A stretch of 64,000 nucleotides of DNA from Nitrospirota bacterium (GTDB lineage: Bacteria; Nitrospirota; Thermodesulfovibrionia; Thermodesulfovibrionales; Dissulfurispiraceae), in NCBI GenBank assembly GCA_963710375.1, contig CAVPZX010000003.1, forward strand, positions 320,001 through 384,000. Reading direction: 5' to 3'. The notes below the pieces were generated by a model. That model had not been told where the DNA came from, ran no database searches, and worked only from the letters and a program-made list of their open reading frames with translations. The position numbers were made by a program, and so were the translations under genes. This document shows positions 10,525 through 18,699 of this stretch, piece after piece. Positions within the stretch are counted from its first letter, which is position 1. Each line of letters begins with the position of its first letter.

Positions 10525-11013
10525 ATGAAGATCCCCGAACCTAATATGACTTTTGTCTTTATTGCGAAGGAGGAGATACTCCGGAACATTGTCAACACCC
10601 ATGATTTTATCCTGGTCCAGGGCTGGAAAGGTACAGGAAAGACTGTTACCGCGCTTAAAGCCGTCGCCGGGATGGGAGATATATATTATTATAATGGGTC
10701 GGCAGAGGAAATACCGCAACATACCGGCCAACTGAACGTTGTGAAAAACTGCCAGGAGCTGCGCGCCATTCAGCCCGGGAAGCAGTGCATCATCTTCGAT
10801 AATCTGAACCATCTCGACAGTGAAGCGCGCAATATTTTAAAGGATATGATACTGGAAAGGATAAAAGACAGAAAAATACTTGTTATCACACAAGTGGTGC
10901 TCGATGCGCAGGACATCCTGGGGAATATGGATGTTGTTGTTCGCTTCAGGCAGAACACCGCGGAGATGCTGGATACGAAATTGTATAACCTAAATAGTTG
11001 TTGCCGTTTTTAA
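10525..11013 (+). CDS. Small P-loop NTPase (copy 1)
   Basis: Walker A GWKGTGKT, Walker B-like CIIFDN; paralog of 14393-14869. Confidence 0.75.
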   Translation: MKIPEPNMTFVFIAKEEILRNIVNTHDFILVQGWKGTGKTVTALKAVAGMGDIYYYNGSAEEIPQHTGQLNVVKNCQELRAIQPGKQCIIFDNLNHLDSEARNILKDMILERIKDRKILVITQVVLDAQDILGNMDVVVRFRQNTAEMLDTKLYNLNSCCRF

Positions 11014-11022
11014 AATTCGTGC

Positions 11023-11064
11023 ATCTGAGCGCCTGAATGCGCAAGTTATTTATTCGCGAGCCCT
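11023..11064. repeat. Truncated end of family-A miniature element
   Basis: atctgagcgcctgaatgcgcaagttatttattcgcgagccct matches the end of 16574-16755 and, inverted, the start of 57147-57328. Confidence 0.85.
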
Positions 11065-11508
11065 CAATTCCATGTATAGCTTTTTTTTCTCACATGCCCC
11101 TTTCCAGCCGCACCCGTTGCAGGATGATTCATACCATGCCCGAAAGATTGAGGGAAGCATATTCCGGATGTCCGTCCATCTGACAAACTGGCCGGATAAA
11201 AGTCCGAGCAGACGCAAGGCCAGACGGTCCATGGCCAGGATGTCATCCTCAACCTGGGCGCTGTGCATGCACCTGTTAAATTTCAAAGAAGGGCAGTATT
11301 TACAAATGGCATCGGCCCCGTTATGCACCTGAACTATGCCCTCTTCCGCGACACCAATAACGTTCCTCAAGTTTTCGACAAACGCGGCGTCATAGCCTTC
11401 GCCCGAGAAAAAATGAAGACAGATTAGGTGATGGCCCCTTAATGAGCAACTCTCAATCTTTTGGCTGTGGTTCTTCTTAAATGCGCTTTTCAGGCTAATC
11501 AATGACAT
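11050..11508 (-). CDS. DUF1284-like Cys/His-rich protein
   Basis: LRGHHLICL..F.GEGY..FVEN, D.IC..CP, C-terminal CxxCxW..C. Confidence 0.8.
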   Translation of the reverse strand: MSLISLKSAFKKNHSQKIESCSLRGHHLICLHFFSGEGYDAAFVENLRNVIGVAEEGIVQVHNGADAICKYCPSLKFNRCMHSAQVEDDILAMDRLALRLLGLLSGQFVRWTDIRNMLPSIFRAWYESSCNGCGWKGACEKKKLYMELRARE

Positions 11509-11572
11509 TATTAATTATATAACATACCTAGTGCATATATAAACGGTTAGAGCATCTTCGGTAGCGGGTCAG

Positions 11573-11601
11573 TTGACAGAGCCCAATATATCTGTTAGTT
11601 T
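11573..11601 (+). promoter_or_regulatory. Sigma70-type promoter with extended -10, probably giving a leaderless mRNA
   Basis: TTGACA-17 nt-TAGTTT, 5 nt before GTG 11607, no SD. Confidence 0.7.
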
Positions 11602-11606
11602 AACTT

Positions 11607-12800
11607 GTGGACAAGTTGAAGGGAAGAGATATTATCGAAAAGATCAAGGCCGGCTATTCGCTGCCTTCTCTATCAGCCGTTGCACTCAGGCTCGTTGAAA
11701 TAGCATCCAACGAATATGTTTCCCTGAGTGAAATGGCGGACCTTATTGAGAAGGACCCCGGTCTTACGGTCCGTCTGGTCACTATTGCCAACAGCGCATT
11801 TTTCAGGTCTACGGATCCGGTCTCGACTGTGGAGCAATCTGTCATGAGAGTCGGCGTCAACCATTTAAGAATCATGGCTTTATCATTGTCACTGAGAGAT
11901 ACGTTCCCGATGGGCAAACTCGGTCCAATGGATTACGAGAAGTTCTGGCGTTCTTCGCTCTACCAGGCATTAATCGCGAAATCTTTTGCACAAAGGTTGC
12001 AGACATGCAGTCCTGAAGAGGCCTTTGTTGCCGGTCTTGTCCTGGAGATCGGGCTGCTGATATTTGTTGACACCTTCTTAAAGGGACATGTAATTGAAAA
12101 GAATCTGGACCTTCATCCTTTGGAGAAACTCCTGGAATGGGAGGCCATGCATTACAGGACCGATCACAGGGAGATCGGGGCTGCAGCGCTGAGTTATTGG
12201 AAGTTTCCTTCAGTTATTATAGAATGCCAGCATGTCCATAATATAGAATCCAGGGACGAACAGGTACCTCCTCTGGCCCTGATCTGTGAAATGGCGCGTG
12301 AATTCTCCGCGCTAATTTGTGAAGAATCGATGGAGTGGAGCCCGCTTTTCAGCAGGGCTGAAGCTATGTACGGCATTAATCAGGGTTTGCTCACAGATAT
12401 TCTTGTCGCCACATTTGATGAGGTCCAGGAGGTTGCCGATGGACTCAAGGTCAATATGAACAAGGAGAAAGATCTTATCGCTCTCATCGAAAAAGCGAAC
12501 CTTTCTCTGGGCGGTCTTTCGGAAAAGATGCTAAAGCTTCAGGAAACAGCATTAAAACATGGCTTGCCGTCTTTCGAAAGTCTGGGAGATCTCGAAGAAA
12601 AGTCAGCCGTAAGGGACACGTTGCAGGCAGTAGCGCATGAGATAAGGAACCCGCTTCTGGCGGTCAGCGGTTTTGCGAAGAAACTTTCGACAGCCCTCGA
12701 CCCTGCCTCTGACGGCTGGAAATATGTACAGGTAATTGTCGAGGAGTCCAGGAGGCTCGAAAGCGCTCTGGCAAACATGACCTGCTCTAACAAGTGCTGA
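11607..12800 (+). CDS. HDOD protein with C-terminal HisKA-like (DHp) helix pair and no HATPase
   Basis: LPSLS, IEKDPGLTVRL, EEAFVAGL, WKFP; VAHEIRNPL H-box close to the C-terminus. Confidence 0.85.
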   Translation: MDKLKGRDIIEKIKAGYSLPSLSAVALRLVEIASNEYVSLSEMADLIEKDPGLTVRLVTIANSAFFRSTDPVSTVEQSVMRVGVNHLRIMALSLSLRDTFPMGKLGPMDYEKFWRSSLYQALIAKSFAQRLQTCSPEEAFVAGLVLEIGLLIFVDTFLKGHVIEKNLDLHPLEKLLEWEAMHYRTDHREIGAAALSYWKFPSVIIECQHVHNIESRDEQVPPLALICEMAREFSALICEESMEWSPLFSRAEAMYGINQGLLTDILVATFDEVQEVADGLKVNMNKEKDLIALIEKANLSLGGLSEKMLKLQETALKHGLPSFESLGDLEEKSAVRDTLQAVAHEIRNPLLAVSGFAKKLSTALDPASDGWKYVQVIVEESRRLESALANMTCSNKC

Positions 12801-12816
12801 AAAAGGGGATGGCATA

Positions 12817-14391
12817 GTGTCACAAACGCAAGAAAATGGCCAGAGCACAAAAGATCTGATCCTGGCAAGGCTGCAGGAAAACAGTGATTTTCCTGCCATG
12901 TCTAATACCATGAACATGATTAATCAGTTGAAGGCTGCCGAAGACGCCTCTGTTACTGAATTAGCCAATATTGTTTTGAGGGATTATGCATTGACGTCGA
13001 AGATCATAAAAGTTGTAAACAGCGTCAGTTATTCCCAGTTCGGGGAAGTCACTACTATTTCCCGTGCAATCAATCTGCTTGGGTTTGAAAACATCAAGAA
13101 TCTTTGCCTCACTTTAATGCTTTTTGGTCATTTCCGGGAGAACAGCTCAAATGTCGAACATGTAGATACTATGATCAAATCTTTTTACAGCGGATTCCTG
13201 GCCCAGAAGATATGCGGCGAGGTATCCTTTGAGAACAAGGAAGAGGCGTTTATCTGTTCGCTGCTCCACAATTTCGGCAAGATGCTGATATCCTTTGCCT
13301 TGCCTGAAACAATAAAGGAGGTAAAATCTGTAAGCCATGAAAGAGGTATTTCAGAAGATGCGGCTGCCCTTTCGGTCCTCGGCGGGAGATATGAGGAGAT
13401 AGGCATGGCAATAGCCAAGGGATGGAATTTCCCGACCAAGATCATTCGCAGCATGCACAAACTCAGCAGAACGGAAGTCAAAGACTCGTCCGATGAGATC
13501 GATCAGCTCATTAGCATTGCTTCCCTTTCCAATGAAATATCGAACATACTATCGAGCAGTTCGGAAAAGAAGGAGATGGATGAGAGGCTTGGCAAACTTG
13601 CCGACATGTTCAAGACTACTTTCACCGGGTTGAACCGCAAGGTGATAACCGGTGTTATTAATGAAAGTCTTGAAGACCTGAATCAGTTTTCGGCTATTTT
13701 TCATATCAACATGGATGAAGTTCCCTTTAACTGGCAGTTGATGACCTGGTCGGACAAGGTGGTCGAACCGTCAGCAACGGTTGCAGGAGTTCTACACGCG
13801 GACTTTACATCTGAACAACTAAAGTCGATTGATGTTATTGCCGGATCTGAAAAAGAAGATACCCCGGATAGCGTATTCTCAAAGGGCTTGCACGATGTCA
13901 CTTGTTCATTATTGAGCAGTTTCTCGCTGAACGATATAATAAGGATTGTGCTGGAAACTATATACAGAGGCATGCAGCTGTCAGGGGAGGGGAAAACCCT
14001 CTTTTTGGTCAAGGATACAGAGGCCCCTGTCATGAGAATAAGATTCGGGTTAGGGAGCGGGATTGAGGGATTGAAGAGGTGGTTTAATGTTACGTTGGAT
14101 GATTCCGGCGATATTTTTAATAAGGCGATAGTTAAGCAGCATGATCTCGTTATCAAGAGCGTCGAGCCTCCAGCTATTAAAAAATTGTTGCCCGAATGGT
14201 TCAAACATAGGGCATCTGCCGGAATCTTTTTTATTGTTTTACCTATTATAATAAATAATAAACCGATCGGTATGTTTTATGTAGAAGGGAATAAGAAAGA
14301 ATTTCTGAAAGTCTCAGCTGAACATTTAAACTACCTGAAAATGTTGCGCGATCAGACGGTCGTTGCGATCAAACAGAAACGTTGGAGCTAA
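12817..14391 (+). CDS. HDOD + C-terminal GAF-like protein (intact paralog)
   Basis: DFPAMS, LRDYALTSKIIKVVNS, EEAFICSLLHNFGK, WNFP; C-terminal VLPIIINNKPIGMFY GAF-like strand pair. Confidence 0.85.
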   Translation: MSQTQENGQSTKDLILARLQENSDFPAMSNTMNMINQLKAAEDASVTELANIVLRDYALTSKIIKVVNSVSYSQFGEVTTISRAINLLGFENIKNLCLTLMLFGHFRENSSNVEHVDTMIKSFYSGFLAQKICGEVSFENKEEAFICSLLHNFGKMLISFALPETIKEVKSVSHERGISEDAAALSVLGGRYEEIGMAIAKGWNFPTKIIRSMHKLSRTEVKDSSDEIDQLISIASLSNEISNILSSSSEKKEMDERLGKLADMFKTTFTGLNRKVITGVINESLEDLNQFSAIFHINMDEVPFNWQLMTWSDKVVEPSATVAGVLHADFTSEQLKSIDVIAGSEKEDTPDSVFSKGLHDVTCSLLSSFSLNDIIRIVLETIYRGMQLSGEGKTLFLVKDTEAPVMRIRFGLGSGIEGLKRWFNVTLDDSGDIFNKAIVKQHDLVIKSVEPPAIKKLLPEWFKHRASAGIFFIVLPIIINNKPIGMFYVEGNKKEFLKVSAEHLNYLKMLRDQTVVAIKQKRWS

Positions 14392-14392
14392 A

Positions 14393-14869
14393 ATGGAATG
14401 CCCGGCCCCTCAAATGGCTTTTATTGCGAAGGAAGAGATACTCCGGAACATCGTCAGTACACATGCTGTCATACTGATCGAAGGCTGGAAAGGTACAGGG
14501 AAGACTATTACCGCGCTTAAAGCCGTCAACGGCAAGGGAGATATCTACTATTACAACGGTACGGCGGGGGAAATACCGCAGTGTTCCATCCAACCGAACA
14601 TTGTGAAAAACTGTCAGGAACTGCGCGCCATTCCGCCCGGAAAACAGTGCATCATCTTTGATGATCTGAACCGTCTGGACAGCGAAGCACGCAGTATTTT
14701 AAAGGATATGGTGCTGGAAAGGAAGAAAGACAGGAAAATAGTCGTTATCACGCGGGTGGTTCTCGATGCACAGGACATTCTGGAAAATATGGATGTTGTT
14801 GTTCGCTTCAAGCAGAATACCGCAGAGATGCTGCATACGAAACTGTATGAGCTGGACAGCTTTCAGTAA
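14393..14869 (+). CDS. Small P-loop NTPase (copy 2)
   Basis: GWKGTGKT, CIIFDD; ATG 1 nt after the upstream stop. Confidence 0.75.
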   Translation: MECPAPQMAFIAKEEILRNIVSTHAVILIEGWKGTGKTITALKAVNGKGDIYYYNGTAGEIPQCSIQPNIVKNCQELRAIPPGKQCIIFDDLNRLDSEARSILKDMVLERKKDRKIVVITRVVLDAQDILENMDVVVRFKQNTAEMLHTKLYELDSFQ

Positions 14870-14874
14870 CAATG

Positions 14875-15093
14875 CAATTCAGACAGTAGATGATTCTCTT
14901 TCGCTACTCTCCGTTTTGACAGTTCTATGACTCGTTTCGCTACAGTCGCAAAATTCCCTTCGGTCAGTTTCGCTCCTGACTGCCACCCCAAAAGTCTGTG
15001 ACTTTTGGGGACCCCGGACTTTTACGCTCACTCGCCAAGAACTGTTTCCAAAACTCCGCTAATGCTTCAGAGATTCATCTACTGTCTGAATTG
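14875..15093. mobile_element. Miniature inverted-repeat element, family B (with a nested hairpin)
   Basis: Ends CAATTCAGACAGTAGATGA...TCATCTACTGTCTGAATTG; internally homologous to the reverse complement of 42182-42367. Confidence 0.7.
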
Positions 15094-15149
15094 AACTTCA
15101 GTAACGATGTCCTCTTCCTCTGCCTCAATACAGTATAATAAAATAAATT

Positions 15150-16448
15150 ATGCGATATTATCTTGCAAACAATTTTGTGCTCAAACAGCTCGAGACTCCG
15201 GCCCTTTATGATATCAAGGGAGATGAATTGTATGAGCTTGATGAACAGGCCTTTGAATTTCTAAAAAAATGCTCGGAGTCCGAAGGCTGCAGCGGCCATA
15301 GTGCGGACAAAGAATTTCTCGCGTATTGCATTTCAGAAGGGATCTTGTCTGACACGCCTGTTAAGGTCCGCGTCCCGCACGCTGCATTTCGACCTGCTAT
15401 TTCAGCTTTCCCCTCGCTGCGTTATCTCGATCTCCAAATCACCGACCGGTGCAATCTGAGATGCAAGCACTGCTATATCGATAATGCTGAACAAAACGAA
15501 CTTTCACCAGGTTTAATAAGGGAGATCCTGGATGAATTTGAGCTGATGCAGGGTGTGCGCTTATTGATCACGGGAGGAGAGCCAATAGCTCATCGTGATT
15601 TTGACTCTGTTAATGCGCTGCTTCCCGGATATGGATTCAGAAAGATTTTATTTACTAACGGCCTTCTCCTGGACAAAAAGGTGGTGCGAACGCTCAATGT
15701 CGATGAAATACAGTTCAGTGTAGACGGAATGGAGCATGGACATAACGCGCTTAGAGGGGATGGCACCTACAGAAAAGTGATGAAGTCGATCGAGGGTGCG
15801 CAGGCTTTGGGCATAGCGGTTTCTGTGGCAAGCATGGTACACGGCGAGAATGTCGGAGAATTTCCGGCAATGGAAGCGCTTTTTAAAGACATGGGAGTTA
15901 AGGACTGGACTGTTGACGTGCCCTGCATTGCCGGTCACCTTAAACACAATGCGCTCTTTCATGTGCTGCCCGCCGAAGCGGGGCAATACCTGAATTATGG
16001 TTTCGGAGGCGGCCTGCATGGCGGCGGCGACGGGTATGCTTGCGGGCTGCACCTTTTGTCGGTGCTTGCGAACGGTGCAGTTTCCAAATGCGCCTTTTAT
16101 GCCCATTCTCCGCTGGGCAATGTAAGTGAGGGCTTGCGAAAGTGCTGGACACGGCTGAAACCGGTGAAATTGGAAACATTGCAGTGCGCAGGGGTCCACT
16201 GCCAGGTTATCGAAGAGTGCAGGGGGGGGTGCAGATTCCGGGCATCCGTTACCCCGGGTGATTGCTTACCAGCTGCTCTATCTCAGGACATACAAAGTGA
16301 AGCGGCGCAAAACAGGAGAGATATTTACAAATGTTTTGCCTATGGTATAATTAATCCATCGGGGCTTGAAGCCCTGCACGAAGGCCCCTCAAAAGAGTCT
16401 GTTATTTTTCCGGGCTGGAATGAACTCCCGAGAAGAGGAGGTGTTTGA
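15150..16448 (+). CDS. Radical SAM/SPASM protein, putative peptide maturase with N-terminal RRE/PqqD-like domain
   Basis: CNLRCKHC, ITGGEP, FTNG, SVDG; C-terminal C-x15-C and CAGVHC-x5-CRGGC cysteines; ~85-aa N-terminal extension (LYDIKGDELYELDEQAFEFL). Confidence 0.85.
   Translation: MRYYLANNFVLKQLETPALYDIKGDELYELDEQAFEFLKKCSESEGCSGHSADKEFLAYCISEGILSDTPVKVRVPHAAFRPAISAFPSLRYLDLQITDRCNLRCKHCYIDNAEQNELSPGLIREILDEFELMQGVRLLITGGEPIAHRDFDSVNALLPGYGFRKILFTNGLLLDKKVVRTLNVDEIQFSVDGMEHGHNALRGDGTYRKVMKSIEGAQALGIAVSVASMVHGENVGEFPAMEALFKDMGVKDWTVDVPCIAGHLKHNALFHVLPAEAGQYLNYGFGGGLHGGGDGYACGLHLLSVLANGAVSKCAFYAHSPLGNVSEGLRKCWTRLKPVKLETLQCAGVHCQVIEECRGGCRFRASVTPGDCLPAALSQDIQSEAAQNRRDIYKCFAYGIINPSGLEALHEGPSKESVIFPGWNELPRRGGV
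16324..16351 (+). promoter_or_regulatory. Candidate internal promoter for the downstream peptide ORF
   Basis: TTTACA-16 nt-TATAAT with TGn extension (TGGTATAAT). Confidence 0.5.
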
Positions 16449-16449
16449 T

Positions 16450-16512
16450 ATGGTGATCAAGAAGATCGCAAAAAAAACAGCAACCACGTGTAAGTGCAAG
16501 GGCTCCTGTTAA
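16450..16512 (+). CDS. Putative RiPP precursor peptide MVIKKIAKKTATTCKCKGSC (20 aa)
   Basis: SD AGGAGGTG at 16436-16443, 6 nt before ATG; 1 nt after the rSAM stop; Lys-rich N-terminus and C-terminal CxCxxxC. Confidence 0.75.
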   Translation: MVIKKIAKKTATTCKCKGSC

Positions 16513-16573
16513 AGGCTTAAAAGAGTTTATACGAGTGACCCTGAGGGTTATCGGTCGGGGGGCGGGTGTATTT

Positions 16574-16755
16574 AGGGCTCGCGAATAAATAACTTGCACA
16601 TTGATGCATCTCAGATTCAGGCCATCTTTGTCCGATCCTCGGTCGCAAAATTCTCAACGTAGCTATGCTACGCCTGCGGTTTTGCTCAGTCGGATCAGCC
16701 AAATCTGACACAAATCTGAGCGCCTGAATGCACAAGTAATTTATTCGCGAGCCCT
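16574..16755. mobile_element. Miniature inverted-repeat element, family A (182 bp)
   Basis: 23-bp terminal IRs AGGGCTCGCGAATAAATAACTTG (one mismatch); internal palindrome CGTAGCTATGCTACG; second full copy inverted at 57147-57328. Confidence 0.85.
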
Positions 16756-16818
16756 CAGCCCCCCATTTATTTTGTCAAATCCTTTATATTTGTCATATAC
16801 CTGTGCGATAATAAAAAA

Positions 16819-18567
16819 ATGTACAAGATGAAACTATATTTTGCGGTGCTTGCAGTATCGGTCCTCTGCATCTTATCATGCGCTCCCCTGCAACAGCAGG
16901 CGAGCTCGGTTAAAGAGCCTCCTGCAGAAAAATTGCAGCCTGGTGCTGAGAAAGGATATTTGGAATACATGCTCGGCTATGAGGCTGAAATTGACGGCAA
17001 TTGGGAGGCTGCCCTGGAACATTATAGCGCAGCCTACAAACTCGACCCTTCGGCAGTCTACTTAAAGACGCAGATAGGCTCCATGATGGTGAAGCTCGGA
17101 AGATATGCGGAGGCAACCGCGAAGCTGGAGGAGGTAGTGAAGGCAAGCCCCGATTATGTTCCAGCCCTTATGCTGCTGGGTGACTTGTATAACTCTCAGA
17201 AGAAGATCGATGAAGCTATAGATATTTATGAAAAGGTGATAAAAATATCTCCGGACAAAAACGATGCGGCTCTGTTCCTGGGAGTCCTTTACCTGTCTAA
17301 AGGAGAGCCCAAAAAGGCTGAACTCATTCTTGATGAAATCATTAAAAGAGACGCTGATAATGTCATGGCACTATACTATCTCGGCACGATCAGTCTTGAG
17401 AGGAAGGATTTTAAAAAATCTGATACGTTGTTTAAAAAAGTAATAGAGCTTCGGCCGACCTTTGACGCAGCTTATGTGAGCCTTGGCCTTTCCAGTGAAA
17501 TAAGGAACGATACGAAGTCTGCCGAAGAATACTACAATAAAGCGCTCGAAGTTAATCCCAATAATCCTTTCGCAAGCGAGAGGCTTACTCAGCTTTACGT
17601 GACCGAGAAATCATATGATAAGGCTATTAAGGAACTCGATCATCTGCTGGAACAGGCTCCAACAAATGTGGATATTCACCAACAGCTCGGTCTCCTCTAT
17701 CTTCAGGATAAACAATATGAGCAGGCCCTCTCCGAGTTCAGGATTGTCCTTGCGGCCAGGCCGCTTGATATAACTCTCCGATATTATGTTGTGGTGACAC
17801 TCGATGAAATGAACAAGCTCGATGAGGCAATTGTCGAACTGAAGAAAATTCTCGATATTGATCCCAAGAACTTCAATGCGTTCATGACGCTCGGAGCTAT
17901 TTATTCAAAGCAGAACAATCACCCCGAGGCGATAAAGATCTACGAGGAAGTTCTCAGTTTTGAAAAGAATAAGCCTGAAGTCTATGTTTACCTCGGCGCT
18001 ACCTATGTGGAGATGAAAGAATATGCGAAGGCGGAGAGAATTTTTCAGGATGCCCTCAAGCTCTTTCCCGATAACGCTGACTTGCTTTTCAATATGGCCA
18101 TACTCTTTGAAAAAACCGGAAGGTTCGATGATATGGTGACAGCGCTGAAGCGTACGATCGAGCTGGACCCTAAGAACGCGGAGGCATTGAATTACCTGGG
18201 TTACAGTTATGCCGATAAGGGAATAAAGCTTAAAGAGGCATTGTCGCTTGTACAGCGGGCCATTGAGCTGAAACCTGACAGCGGCTATATCGTGGACAGC
18301 CTTGGATGGGTATATTTCAAGATGGGACGGCTGGAAGAGGCACTGCAGACTCTGAAGAAGGCTGTAAATCTTGTGAAGGATGATCCTGTGCTGAATGAGC
18401 ATGTTGGCGATGTCTATGCGGCAATGGGCAAGTATGCTGATGCGCTCAATGCCTGGAATACGTCGCTCCGGTTCGAGTCCAAAGAGGAGGGCTTAAAAGA
18501 GCGCGTGGAGGCGAAAATAAGAAAATTGCAAAACAAAAAAAATCAATCGGAGAAACCAAAAGAATGA
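16819..18567 (+). CDS. TPR-repeat lipoprotein
   Basis: Lipobox-like ILSC; multiple TPRs; C-terminal ALNYLGYSYAD...DSLGWVYFK; typical position upstream of ispE. Confidence 0.9.
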   Translation: MYKMKLYFAVLAVSVLCILSCAPLQQQASSVKEPPAEKLQPGAEKGYLEYMLGYEAEIDGNWEAALEHYSAAYKLDPSAVYLKTQIGSMMVKLGRYAEATAKLEEVVKASPDYVPALMLLGDLYNSQKKIDEAIDIYEKVIKISPDKNDAALFLGVLYLSKGEPKKAELILDEIIKRDADNVMALYYLGTISLERKDFKKSDTLFKKVIELRPTFDAAYVSLGLSSEIRNDTKSAEEYYNKALEVNPNNPFASERLTQLYVTEKSYDKAIKELDHLLEQAPTNVDIHQQLGLLYLQDKQYEQALSEFRIVLAARPLDITLRYYVVVTLDEMNKLDEAIVELKKILDIDPKNFNAFMTLGAIYSKQNNHPEAIKIYEEVLSFEKNKPEVYVYLGATYVEMKEYAKAERIFQDALKLFPDNADLLFNMAILFEKTGRFDDMVTALKRTIELDPKNAEALNYLGYSYADKGIKLKEALSLVQRAIELKPDSGYIVDSLGWVYFKMGRLEEALQTLKKAVNLVKDDPVLNEHVGDVYAAMGKYADALNAWNTSLRFESKEEGLKERVEAKIRKLQNKKNQSEKPKE

Positions 18568-18692
18568 ATCGGAGACTCGGAGAATCGGAGAATCGGGGAA
18601 AAGTCAAAAAACTGGTTTATGTAGTTGCGCCGATTCGCCGATTCACCGACTCACCGATTCAGCCTTTCCCCGATTCCCCGATTCTCCGATTC
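18566..18692. repeat. Inverted pair of octamer tandem repeats (GAATCGGA / CCGATTC)
   Basis: gaatcggagactcggagaatcggagaatcgggga ... ccgattcgccgattcaccgactcaccgattc...ccccgattccccgattctccgattc. Confidence 0.85.
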
Positions 18693-18699
18693 AATCTTT

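Noticed and set aside
11050..11508. DUF1284-like Cys-rich protein as the substrate of the rSAM/SPASM enzyme
   Set aside because: Opposite strand, 3.6 kb away, and looks like a folded metal-binding protein; the adjacent 20-aa peptide fits better
16402..16735. Minus-strand ORFs of 65 and 72 aa; likewise 42144-42397, 57310-57597 and 59013-59309
   Set aside because: They run through repeat elements or antisense to real genes and have no recognisable motifs
18566..18692. Possible CRISPR array in the short tandem repeats (also other sites)
   Set aside because: Units are 6-8 nt with no unique spacers, and there are no cas genes in the window
18625..18699. N-terminal extension of IspE (MRRFADSPTHRF...)
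   Set aside because: It is the translation of the CCGATTC repeat arm; the family start is ATG 18700
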